Assembly: GCA_951406725.2 (NCBI GenBank)
Contig: OX597816.1
Coordinates: forward strand, 6,820,001 to 6,884,000
Direction of reading: 5' to 3'
DNA: 64,000 nt
DNA from: Octopus vulgaris
Taxonomy: Eukaryota
The notes beneath the pieces were generated by a model that was not told the DNA's origin, ran no database searches, and saw only the letters and a list, made by a program, of their open reading frames with translations. This document shows, piece after piece, positions 52,359-64,000 of this stretch. The translations under genes were made by a program, and so were the position numbers. Numbering within the stretch: the stretch's first letter is position 1; each line of letters opens with the position of its first letter.

Positions 52359-54359
52359 CTGAAAAAAAAATCAAAATAAATGTATTGCAAAAGGAAAAAA
52401 ATAAACCTTTTTGAGCGTTAGCCATCACATAAGAGCAATCTTTGGAAATATATTTTTACTACATCATCATCATCATCGTTTAACGTCCGCTTTCCATGCT
52501 AGAATGGGTTGAACGATTTTGACTGAGGGCTGGCGAACCAGATGGCTGCACCAGGCTCCAATCTTGATCTGGCAGAGTTTCTATGGCTGGATGCCCTTCC
52601 TAACGCCAACCACTCCGAGAGTGTAGTGGGTGCTTTTACATGCCACTGGCATGGGGGCCTGTCAGGCGGTACTGGCAATCAGGAAATATGGTAGACATAC
52701 AAGAATTAGAATTTCTCTTGTATCAAATTTCTACACGCTTATATAAAATGACTGTAAAGGTATGTGACTTAATTGTTAGGACATTTGACCCATGAGCATA
52801 AGGTCGTAAGTTCAATTACTGGTGGCACCTATGCAAGACACTTTATTTCACCTTGCTCCAGTTTACTCAGCAATATGATGATAGGCAAAGCAGTTAAGGA
52901 TATGAGGACAGGTTAAGCCCCTGGTCGGTCAGAAATTACTGTGGTGATGCTTCAAGTATCTGATGGCGTAGAATACAACCTAATAATCCCTCATACTTGA
53001 TCAGGTTGGACACGAAGAAGTCATACTCAACGACTGGTGGAGCAAAAGCATTATAGTCAACTGCTACAAAGACAAAAGGGGCCAGTGTTTGGAATCTAAA
53101 TTAACAAGACATTCTGATGAAAGGTTAAGAAGCTTATATCATAGAACCGGGGGCAGTTTCAGGTGGGTTGATATCAAAAGGGTTATGCAAAACATTATGT
53201 ATCAGGAGCAAAAACAGTTTTTAAATCTCTAAATGAGATTTAAATAGTAACGATACTGTACTGGAAAAGTTTATTTGCCAATGTAAGGTGGCCGTTCTAG
53301 AACCCTTACTACCTTTTAAGGGCGGCGAGCTGGCAGAAACGTTAGCACGCTGGGCGAAATGCTTAGCGGTATTTCATCTGTCGCTACGTTCTGAGTTCAA
53401 ATTCCGCCGAGGTCGACTTTGCCTTTCGTCCTTTCGGATTCGATCAAATAAGTACCAGTTACGCACTGAGGTCGATATAATCGACTTAATCCCTTTGTCT
53501 GTCCCTTCTGTGTTTAGCCCCTTGTAGGTAGTAAAGAAATAGGTATTTCGTCTGCCGTTACGTTCTGAGTTCAAATTCCGCCGAGGTCGACTTTGCCTTT
53601 AGTCCTTTCGGGTTCGATTAAATAAGTACCAGTTACGCACTGGGGTTGATGTAATCGACTTAACCCCTTTGTCTGTCCTTGTTTGTCCCCTCTATGTTTA
53701 GCCCCCTTGTGGGCAATAAAGAAATATATATTACTACATTTTAACCCCAGGAAGACATCTTTTCCAATTCTCAGGAAAAGCCATAGACACAGGACCTTGC
53801 TCCAAACAGAACTTAAATGTATACATGTGTGTGTGTGTGTGTGTGTGTAGTATGAAAGACTGATGTGTGCAAGGTAGACTGTGAAATATACAGATGTTGA
53901 CTAAGAAAGACCCGAGGACTTTTCCCCGTGAGACAACATTCGAGACACGGGGAAATAATAGGTGTATGTGTGACACACGATCGATCTAGCGCCGACATCG
54001 GAAAAATCCATAACTGATTCAGAAAGTACACAACTACTTTTTCTGACCAAGTAATCGATTATCTCCCTACTACATTATACACTGTATAATGTAAGGGATA
54101 CGACAGACATGTCTTCCTCGTGTTCTGAGTGAAGTAAGAGAAGTAGTTTCAAGGTGGGATAGAAAAACCCTGTGCAACACAATTCTGCTTCTCTGCACTC
54201 GGTTTACATGAAGTCGACTTGAAATCGGAAACTAATAAAAAGAAGGGAATCCGAGAAAGGGCAAGAATAAGTTAATATTCGGAGTCAGGACATGAGATTA
54301 ACATTAAACAATATTGTATTTCAACATAAAACGGGGTTTTTCCCCACTTTAACGTAATG

Positions 54360-54418
<59 letters not shown>

Positions 54419-55226
54419 TGATGTTGATGATGATTTTTTTGGCACAAGGCGGGGGAGGGGCCAAGTTGATTGCATCGAACCCAGAACTCAACTGGTCCTT
54501 ATTTTATCGACCCCCAAAAGGATGAAAGGCAAAGTTGATCTCAGAACGTAAAGAGCCGGAAGAAGTGCAGCAAAGCACTTAATCCGACGTGCCAACGATT
54601 GTCCAGCCTTGATAATAATTTTCTGCAACAATAAGGAGTAGTAAATATTACACATTCGATCCGAGATCTATAAATCTAATCAAAACTAAACGATTTTAAT
54701 TAATCCAGTCACTAATTAATAATACTGAATTGTAAAGTATATTTCTTTGCAAAAAAAAATCTAATTTTAAAGTTTTGTTTATCTATATTAAGGGGTTGGG
54801 GTACCTGGATCTTTCCAAATAATTAACTTACTTGAATTTTTTGCGGTGGATTTGACAAAGCCAAACTTTGCGAAGATTTTCTCCACATCGAGCACCTGAA
54901 GTGATTATCTTGTCTTCTTTTGGAAAGGTGTGGAAATGCAAATTTGGGTTTTTCTTTGAAGAATTCTTACACATCGGGACACAACAGAAAGCATTCTGTC
55001 CTTTCTGCTTGGAGATGAACAACTGAAGCAGCTTCGTTTTGTTCTCGTCCGACGATGGCTTAATTGTGGTCACGGCCACAGCAGCCACTGGAGGAGGGGT
55101 CTCTGAGCTGATCGAACCCTTTCCACCCGATACAGACATCGATGACGTCGATGTGGTCGTTGTTGTTGTTGTTGTTGTTATACAGGTCGAAGCCGTCGTC
55201 ACCCCAGGTGTTTGATTTCCAGCCAT
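51098..55226 (-). CDS. THAP-domain / PIF-Harbinger (ISL2EU-like) transposase-derived protein, 2 coding exons (55226-54832, 52358-51098), 551 aa
   Basis: Phase-2 GT-AG intron (TTC AA|gtaagt ... tttttcag|A ATT ACG) joins the THAP halves CCVPMC..FHTFP..W and CSEHF..AYPTLF. Downstream: coiled coil, YTGF motif, HTH (QLVLYQMYIYRGLSVMDLAARFLV), and a DDE_Tnp_4-like core (YKSTYTHKGLIAIIPNGTVIFVS..SD..SGVLDLCEKGDAIVVDSDF). No stops or frameshifts. Confidence 0.88.
53320..53725 (+). mobile_element. Dimeric SINE family A in the intron of the THAP gene
   Basis: One tRNA-like head and two bodies. Confidence 0.8.
54832..55226 (-). CDS. THAP/Harbinger-derived gene, coding exon 1
   Basis: ATG at 55226 with an in-frame upstream stop; Thr/Ser-rich leader, then the first half of THAP; strong GTAAGT donor. 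Confidence 0.85.
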
Positions 55227-55497
55227 TTGGTATCGATCCGGATCTAATCAATCCAACAACACTTTAATTAATCTTGATGATGCTTGTTGTTGCATCAAAC
55301 TTTTTCTCCTTTATTTTCCACCTCCTTCCTTTTCTGGTTGGCTTCGTACATTTTTAAAGCATCGGTTGTATATTCAGAAAGGAACTATCATCATCATCGC
55401 CGTAAAACCCGATGTTTATAAATAATCTGGGATCTTGGCTTTAATTGTGATAAAGTTTTGTTTTGATTCCTCCTGAAAAGCGTGGAACAGAGAGGTA

Positions 55498-55552
55498 GTG
55501 ACGTCACTTCCGGTTCGGTTTCGTACCCGGAAACAAAATAAACTACTTCCGG
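55498..55552 (-). promoter_or_regulatory. ETS-CRE composite element plus two further ETS sites; promoter of the THAP/Harbinger-derived gene
   Basis: Minus strand of 55498-55513 reads CCGGAAGTGACGTCAC; CCGGAA at 55527-55532; ACTTCCGG at 55545-55552; about 270-330 nt upstream of the ATG. Confidence 0.7.
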
Positions 55553-55589
55553 AATAAAAAGGCACCGTCTATATATGTACATATATAGT

Positions 55590-56001
55590 ACCTATTTCTT
55601 TACTACCCACAAGGGGCTAAACACAGAGGGGACAAACAAGGACAGACAAACTGATTAAGTCGATTATATCGACCCCAGTGCGTATCTGGTACTTAATTTA
55701 TCGACCCCGAAAGGATGAAAGGCAAAGTCGACCTCAGCGGAATTTGAACTCAGAACGTAGCGGCAGACGAAATACCTATTTCTTTACTACCCACAAGGGG
55801 CTAAAAACAGAGGGGACAAACAAGGACAGACAAAGGGATTAAGTTGATTATATCGACTCCAGTGCGTAACTGGTACTTAATTTATCGACCCCGAAAGGAT
55901 GAAAGGCAAAGTCGACCTCAGCGGAATTTGAACTCAGAACGTAGCGGCAGACGAAATACCGCATAACATTTCGCCCGTCGTGCTAACGAGTCTGCCAGCT
56001 C
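55590..56001 (-). mobile_element. Dimeric SINE family A
   Basis: Same structure as 53320-53725, reverse orientation. Confidence 0.8.
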
Positions 56002-56218
56002 TCTATGGTCTTTTACTTGCCTCAGTTTTTAGAGTGCGACCGTGCTGGGGCATCGATTTGAAGGGTTTAGTCAAACGAACCGACGCCAGTACTTGAAAAT
56101 AAATGCGAGTACTTATTTTGTCGGTGGCTTTTGCCGAACCGCTAAGTAACGATTGTCAAGCGGTGGTAGGGGACAAACAGAGACACAAAGACACACACGC
56201 ATACGTACATATACATAC

Positions 56219-56334
<116 letters not shown>

Positions 56335-59300
56335 ATGTATATATAATCATCATCATCATCGTTTAAGGTCTGTTTTCCATGCTAGCATGGGTTGGACGGT
56401 TCGACCAGGGTCTGGGAAGCCAGGAGGCTGCACCAGGCTCCAGTCTGATCTGGCAGAGTTTTTACAACTGGATGCCCTTCCTAACGTCAACCACTACGTG
56501 AGTGTAGTGGGTGCTTTTTACATGCCAGCAGCACAGGGGCCAGAGGTGGCTGGCAAACAGCCACGATTGGTTGGTGCTTTTACATGTCACCAACATGGAC
56601 GCCAGTCAGGTGCCTCTGGCAACTGTCACGTTCGGATGGTGCTTTATACATGTCACCGGCACAGGTGTCTTAACTACAATTTCCATTTGATTTTTATTTT
56701 GATGTTGGTGTTGACGTATTTGAATCAATAGGTCTCCTCAATAACAGCGGGTCACTCTACGATCCAAGGTTAGCACAGCAGGCTGTCCTGAGAGCCATGA
56801 ACTCACTTCATTTGTCGGGCCTTCGAAGTTACGGCATATCTCCAGAGGTGACTTTGAAGACCCGACAAATGAAGTGAGTTCATGGCTAGAGGCGAGCTAT
56901 TGTATATATATATATACATGTATGCACGCATGTGTGTGTGATGGGATTTGTTCAGCTTCTGTCTACCAAATCCACTCACAAGGACACGTTCAGAGGAGCA
57001 GGGGTCACTGACATGGGAGCTGTTGCTGCTTGCATCTTGTTTCAGCAAAATATCTAATGATGCTCCGGAGGGGATCTGTCAGACCCAGTGTTCCACCTTC
57101 ACAATAATCCATGGTAATGCCGAGAAGGTTTCAAATGACTTCAAAAATTTTCAGAGAACACTAGCAGAACTGAGAGTGTGTGTATATCAATTTATATTAT
57201 TATTGTTATCTTCAGTGTATTCACAACTGTAATCACTGGTTCCCAACCCGCCCTTTTCTTCTGACGATGGGATGGGTTACAGATCACATTCTGTGCAATA
57301 CAAAAAATGCACAGATTTACCTCTAATTTGCAACTTTCCCAGAAACAGCTGTAAAGTATCTGCACTTTCCCTATCCTGCACTTGTGAGTTTTTCTCCAGT
57401 GATCCCATGGATTTTACTTGTCTAGGTTAAATCAATGATAAGTACATCTCAAATTCAGACCTGCCTCATCATGGAGTATACCTATCTACGCCAAACCACT
57501 ACGAACTTCCACCTTCCGATGTTTCCTGGTTTCCTTCTATATTCATATTCACACACACATTCATAACATGTAATGATAGGCGCAAACATGGATGTGTGGG
57601 AAAATACTTTACTTCCCAACCACATGGCTTCGGGTTCAATGTCACTGCGCAGCACCTCGGGCAAGTGTCTTCTATTATCATCAAGGTATCTACCATTTAA
57701 ATCCACATCAGACCCCAGTTTAGCTGTAGTATTGATTCTCTGTTGAAAGAGGGCAATACCAAAGGAGTCGCACTCTGCTGAACTCCTGATGAAGAACACA
57801 CTGGTCACCTACGTGTGTCCAAACAGGTTGAGACGTATGTGTGTGTGTGTGTGTGTGTGTGTCCTTGCCTCCCTCTGCTGACTGAGCTATTTCAAGTGCC
57901 TTAACATCACAGTCACCCATGATAATGCTGTGAGTGTCCTGGGGTGTCTTGGTGGTTCTCATCCAGGGTCCATAAATTTTTTTCTTTTTGTTAATATTTA
58001 TCTGCAATAAACTGCTTAGACTTCCTCAATAAACCAAAGATCTAAATTTTTTTCCATGCAATTCCTAATAATATTTAATAAAAAAATCAAATGGAAATTG
58101 TAGTTGTGATACCTGTGCCGGTGGCACGTAAAAAGCACCATCCAAACGTGGCCGTTGCCAGAACCGCCTTGACTGGATTCCGTGTCGGTGGCATGTAAAA
58201 ATCACCAACCGATCATGTGAGCCTCCCCTGGCACCTGTACCCATGGCACGTAAAAAGCACCTACTACACTCACGGAATGGTTGGCATTAGGAAGGGCATC
58301 CAGCTGTAGAAACACTGCCAGATCTGACTGGAGCCTGGTGCAGCCTCCTGGCTTCCCAGACCCCCCAGTCGAACCGTCCAGCCCATGCTAGCATGGAGAA
58401 CGAACGTTAAATGATGATGATGATGATGATGATGAAAAAAATAATAGGATTTTTTAAACACCGAATGGTTCTGAGATTCCACCTTGGGTTAAAAAGTGGG
58501 TGAGAACCACTGGGATATCTTGATAAGTTCTAGGAGAAGAGATACCATTTTTACTCAGGGGTGGGGGTTCTTTTTGATTTTAGTTAACTTCTCTCCACAA
58601 CTGTAATGTTTCATGTCACAACTACAACCATTTTTTTTTTAAGCGAAAGACTGCAGGATGGATTGGAGGGAATTTCTGCCACCCAAATAGGTATGGAGTA
58701 TTTTTTATTATTAATCAAAGCATTCCTTCGGTGTTGGTCTACAAAGTGTGAGGAGACGACATCATTCATCTTTTTCAGCTTAGCCTCTTTATCTTTGTCA
58801 TGAGGGAAGGTTGTGTAAGTGGATGAAGTCGGAAAGACTTCCACCCGTCCCCCACCCCCATTTTCTCCCAAATTTGTTTATTAAATTTTTTTTTTTTTTT
58901 TTTTTTGCCAAAAATCCCCGTTTTCGGATACGGGGGTTCCGGAAAATTGCCAAAAATCGGCATTGTGAAATCCCCCCCCCCCCCACACTCACACACTTTC
59001 TTCTCAACTTCTTCAATTTTGACTTTTTTCCCCAACACTAACCCTAAAACCGTAAGTACAGAGATGTTTTGAAAATTTTGTCCGAATCATGATGTCCGTA
59101 TTTTTTCGCATATTAATAAAAAAAAAAAATTCTGAAAAAAATTTTTACAGAAATTTTTGGAAAATTTTTTCAGAATCATAATCTCCGTATTTTTCCGCAT
59201 ATTTTGAAAAAAAAAAATTTCTGACAAAAATTTAAAAAGTGAAGGAAATGAGGGTGGAGGAGGTGGTAATTTAAAAATGCCGATTTTTACCAATTTTTTT

Positions 59301-59872
59301 GCAGATTCGTATTCCCCGTAGCTTTTAAAAAGGGTGGGGTTTTTTGGTGGGAGGACGGGTGAAAGTCTTGCCTGAAGGGAAGTCGTGCATCAATATCGAA
59401 GCATTGCTTTAATTTCTCGAAAAATAATTGATATTCGTAATTAGCTTGAAACACCGCATGAGTAGAATTTTTTTTAAAGTCTGCTCTGGTGTTTCAGACC
59501 CAAGCAACCCCACCACACTCTTTCTTAGAGTGTAGATGTCTCCTTTTTAATTATTTACTCATTACTTTTTCATCATTTTCCCTTTTATTGCCAACTTCGT
59601 CGTAAATTCTGTTTTTAATTACGGTTTTAATTAGACAGGTGCGCGCACTGACTGTGAGCTCTCCTGTGTTAGAGGAAGACAACTATAAACACTCCAACAC
59701 GTGGTAATCAATTTCTTTAAAGGCTTCTTTCCCTCTCCTTAATTTAATTGTTTAAATTAAACCCCAATGTCATCTTCGGCATTCCTGTAACCGAATCTAT
59801 CACCAACTACAACCATTCTGTCTCTCCTATACTCCGCCATCCTTTAAACAGGTTCCCGTCTCCAAGACAGAC

Positions 59873-59959
59873 ATGCCGGTTCTTTTAGGTGTCAAAGATG
59901 TTGCTATACCAAAGACGACCGTCACATCTTCTTTTACCAATAAAATAGGTGGATACCCT
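59873..59959 (+). CDS. PDCD2L: Programmed cell death protein 2-like, first coding exon (gene probably continues beyond the window)
   Basis: MPVLLGVKDVAIPKTTVTSSFTNKIGGYP matches the PDCD2/PDCD2L N-terminal pattern PVLLGxxD...sKxGGxP and ends at a strong donor (ccct|gtgagt). Later exons were not securely found. Confidence 0.65.
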
Positions 59960-61118
59960 GTGAGTACTAGAACGATTTTTTTTGGTAAAAAATTCTTATC
60001 GTATTTCGTGATGAAAGTCTTGTCGGCATTCCTTCGATATAACTCGACAACTTTTGACAGTTCGGTTCGGATATCTTCGGTATATCTGGACAATTCCCTT
60101 CGGATATCTCCCTCACCTCTTGTCCAACGGGTGAATGGTTCCTACTACAAGGGAAAATATACCGAAGATATCCGAACCGAACCCTAAATTGCTATAAAAT
60201 AGGAATTTTGTTTATGTTCTTCAGCTCATAACGTATTAAATTCCAATAGTCCAAAAGATTTCGCAGACGAAATGTGAAACTCCAAAACACCTGGAATAAT
60301 GTTGTTGACAATTTGGAATGGCATCAAACCTTCCAAGAATTTATAAATAGAAAAAGTACTCCTTTAGAAATTATTATTTTGATGAGATTCTGTATAATGT
60401 AAACATGTGTGGCAATAAGTCTAAATAATTTAAAGAAACTTAGTAGAAACATTCGAAATTCTAGCAGCAGTTATTTTTATTCTTTTCTTTCTACATTGAA
60501 GAATATTGATATGTTATAAAATTCATTATGAAATTATTTTGGGGCGAATGCAGTTTCGCACCTCTCCTTGAAAAATGCTTTTTTATTTAAAAAGAATATT
60601 TTGAAGGAGAGATTAACCCTAATTATAGCACAGAGACGTGGTGTTTACTTTATAATAAGTAAAAAGTGACACTCGATAGGTTTTGAGGAAAATCTGCTGG
60701 CGGACTTTCGTAATTGCTGTCACGAATTACATAGAATTTCTTCTTTTTTTTTTTTCTTTTGTTCCGTCACATTCTGAAACACTTGTAATTGCCATCAAAA
60801 TTTTAAAAATAATAAAAAAAAACAATTTTAAACATTTGTTTTTCAAATTTCTCATCCTCCACCCATACAAAACAAAAACGGTCAAACTAAAGCGACATGC
60901 ATTTAAGTTGCTCACAAAATTATTCTAGGAATATATTGTAAAAATGTTTATGAATTTGCTTTGCAAGATTCCGCAACGGGCGGAAGTGTTTCCAAGATTC
61001 CTGAAGTGAAACCTTGGGTTGAAACAGATATTCTTATATTTCGGAACGGTCATTTTATTTATCTATTTATTGCCAAATAAACACACGCACTATATATATA
61101 TACACACACACGCACACA

Positions 61119-61497
61119 CTAGCAGTATCGCCCGGCGTTGCTTGGGTTTGTTTCGACCCTTTAGAATTGGAATTTTTGAAAAGTAAAAATTTTGCATTAT
61201 GTAGCTTGTTATTCTCTTTAAGTGAACATTTTTCTGGTTGAAATACACCGAAAAATGGTGACACAGCAGTCAAAAAAATCGTAAAAAATAGGGATTTTCA
61301 TAGAAAAAAAAAGCACCTTTTTGATGTAAATAATTTTTGGTATTAACATGGTCCGATTTGAATTTTTTCTTCTACGGAAGGAAGAGCAAGCCTTCTTCTA
61401 TCATACTCTCAATTTTGGTCAACTTGCGCCGCAGGGTCTCAGAGGAGATATGTGTTAGTTGAAGGCTACCAAACCTGCCATACACAGACAACTTCAG

Positions 61498-61546
<49 letters not shown>
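61119..61546 (-). mobile_element. Non-autonomous Helitron (second family)
   Basis: Close copy of 12242-12630; CTAG terminus at 61119. Confidence 0.75.
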
Positions 61547-61549
<3 letters not shown>

Positions 61550-62487
61550 GTTGTTTATTCGTTTATTATTGTTCTAATTTTATCTTAGGTCCATTGTTTG
61601 GAAATCTTTCGTCACACATCTGTGACCTCTTCAGCAACTCTTCCATCCATATGTTTGTTCCTGTTCTGTTTAGTCCATTCTGGAAAGAGTTACTGAAGAG
61701 TTCACAGGTACAAGACGAAAGATTTCTACACGACATAAGATAAAATAAGAACAAATATAAAGTGCTTGTGTTTATTTGACAAGGAAGAATAAATGACCAT
61801 CACGAAATATAACAATATCTGTTTCAACACACGATTCCACAACAAGAATCTTGCGAAACAAATTCATAAACTCATAAACATTTGACGCACTAATAACTGA
61901 ATTGTTTAGAGAAATTAAAATTCCAGCAGCCCACCAGGCTAGAAGAGGTTTGCCCCTCCCTCAACTGTTTTACTAATTTTCCATTAACTGCGAATATCGC
62001 ACAAAAGACTTGAACCCAAACATTTTGGTTTGCCTCTGCCTGGCACATTGCTTGCATCCATTCAACAACTCTCAGATTTTAGTGTTGCAAATGTGGGCTT
62101 CTTTCTGAGAAGTACAACCACATTTTATAGAGCAGGAATGGAGTCATTAAATGGACACGGTATGTTACTGGTATTTGTAGTTTATCAGAGGTCAGCAACA
62201 TTGATTCAGGCAACAGATGAATAGAAATGCAATTAGACATTTGGTCTAGCACCATGCCAGTATCCTAATCTCGAGTCTTGTAAACATTGCTGTAAGTTTT
62301 TTGTTGTTGTTGTTGTTGTTGTTTGTTCCTTCTCGAGCAATGATTGGCTCATAAGGGCCGGTTTCCCGGTTTCTTGGCATATAGGTTCCCCACCTGGATG
62401 GGACATCAGTCCATTGCAGGTGAGCTGCAAGATGCAGGAGGAAAGAGTGAGAGAAAGTTGTGGTGAAAGACTCAGCAGAAGAATCGC

Positions 62488-63002
62488 ACTATTTCACACA
62501 GCTATCCTCATCCATTCTCACCACATGACCATACCAGCGCAGTCGTCTCTCTTGCACACCACATCTGATGCTTCTTAGGTCCAACTTTTCTCTCAAGGTA
62601 CTTACACTCTGTCGAGTATGAACACTGACATAACACATCCAGCGGAGCATACTGGCTTCATTCCTTGCAAGCTTATGCATGTCCTTAGCAGTCACGGCCC
62701 ATGTTTCACTGCCATGTAGCATAGCTGTTCGTACACATGCATCATACAGTCTACCTTTTACTCTGAGCAAGAGGCCCTTTGTCACCAGCAGGGGTAAGAA
62801 CTCTCTGAACTTTGCCCAAGCTATTCATATTCTAGCTGCTACACTCTCAGAGCATCCACCCTTGCTACTGACTTGATCACCTAGGTAATGGAAGCTATCA
62901 ACTACTTCTAGTTTTTCTCCTGGGAATGTGGCAGAAGTTGGTCTCTGTACAATTTCAGTGTTTATTGCTCCTGAGCATCTGCCACATACAAAAACTCTCT
63001 TC

Positions 63003-63003
<1 letters not shown>
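62488..63003 (-). mobile_element. RTE-type LINE fragment
   Basis: LEVVDSFHYLGD, LYDACVRTAMLHGSETW, RRLRWYGHV. Confidence 0.85.
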
Positions 63004-63067
<64 letters not shown>

Positions 63068-63156
63068 ACAAGAAATAATATTTATCTCGTATTATAGAAA
63101 TAAAAGAACTGCAAAAGAAGTGCTCAAATATAAATGAGACAAAGATAAAGAAGCAT

Positions 63157-63491
63157 TGGTTATAGAACAAACATTAAATTTGGGTCAACGACTTTATATA
63201 CAACACCACCCCTCAAACATTTATAAAAATCACCAAGGTCTACAAGCATAAAAAAATATAATACATATACATAAAATCACAGAATGTAAAAATATATATA
63301 TTCTAATAAAATACAAATAGAACGGCTCTAATTGTATTTTTTTAGAATATATATATTTTACATTCTGTGATTTTATGTATTATTTTTTGTGTTTGTAGAC
63401 CATGGTGTTTTTTTTATATATGATTAAATGTTTGAGGGGTGGCATTGTATATAAAGTCACTGACCTGAATTTAATGTTTGTTCTATCACCA
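63157..63491. repeat. Imperfect palindrome of about 335 bp (fold-back / MITE-like)
   Basis: ATAGAACAAACATTAAATT...ACATAAAATCACAGAATGTAAAAATATATATATTCTAA mirrored around about 63325. Confidence 0.85.
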
Positions 63492-64000
63492 GCGTTAGGA
63501 AGGGCATCCAGCTGTAGAAACTCTGCCAGATTAGATTGGAGTTTGGTGCAGCCCCAGGCTCACCAGTCCCCAGTCAAACCGTCCAACCCATGCCAGCATG
63601 GAAAGCGGGCATTAAATGATGATGATGATATATAAATATATAAATGGAGCAAAAACGCCATAGAGGACATTAAAACATTCGGACAGATAGACGATACAAA
63701 GGCGGACAGGAGAAACAACAATTGGAAGGACAGGCAAAAACAGACAGGTCATTTGTGGCTCTCTTTCCTCAGTAAAGTTCCAGCAGTCATGACCATTTCG
63801 GGCAAGAGAGAGAGAGAGTGAGAGAAATTTCATAACGACGATGTTTTGTGTTTGTTTGATGATGGTTTGGTGAATATGTATAAACTAGCAGTATCGCCCG
63901 GCCTTGCTCAGGTTTGTTTCGACCCTTTAGAATTGGAATTTTTGAAAAGTAAAAGTTTTGCATTATGTAGCTTGTTATTCTCTTTAAGTGTACATTTTTC

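Noticed and set aside
52359-52390. N-terminus MQYIYFDFFF of the 430-aa ORF
   Set aside because: It is the intron's polypyrimidine tract; the real frame enters from the exon at 55226-54832
59827-60093. Minus-strand 88-aa ORF
   Set aside because: Antisense shadow of the PDCD2L-like exon and the inverted repeat; no recognisable motif
61589-61707. AG...GT-bounded open segment as a PDCD2L exon
   Set aside because: The phase-0 frame hits a stop, and the open frame shows no PDCD2-family motif

Overview
Eukaryotic, AT-rich, repeat-dense animal DNA. The repeat content (tRNA-derived SINEs, RTE/CR1/R4 LINE fragments, Helitrons, long microsatellites) suggests a cephalopod such as Octopus; this is an inference. 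Three host genes were read by hand from splice sites and protein motifs. (1) A complete 16-exon MCM5 on + (19557-46038, 731 aa) with E2F-type sites just upstream. (2) A 2-exon, 551-aa gene on - (55226-51098) encoding THAP zinc finger + coiled coil + HTH + PIF/Harbinger (ISL2EU-like) DDE domain. Its ORF is intact, its catalytic residues look altered, it has a SINE-filled intron, no visible TIRs, and a promoter with a perfect ETS-CRE composite element. It is the best candidate for something undescribed: a domesticated, probably nuclease-dead transposase. (3) The first coding exon of a PDCD2L-like gene on + (59873-59959). The rest is transposon debris: piggyBac, Merlin and Tc1/mariner remnants, Helitrons, an R4/Dong-like LINE sitting in a (CATA)n array, three Penelope-type hammerhead-ribozyme-like motifs, and many fold-back palindromes. 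No database searches were run; family names rest on recognised motifs.
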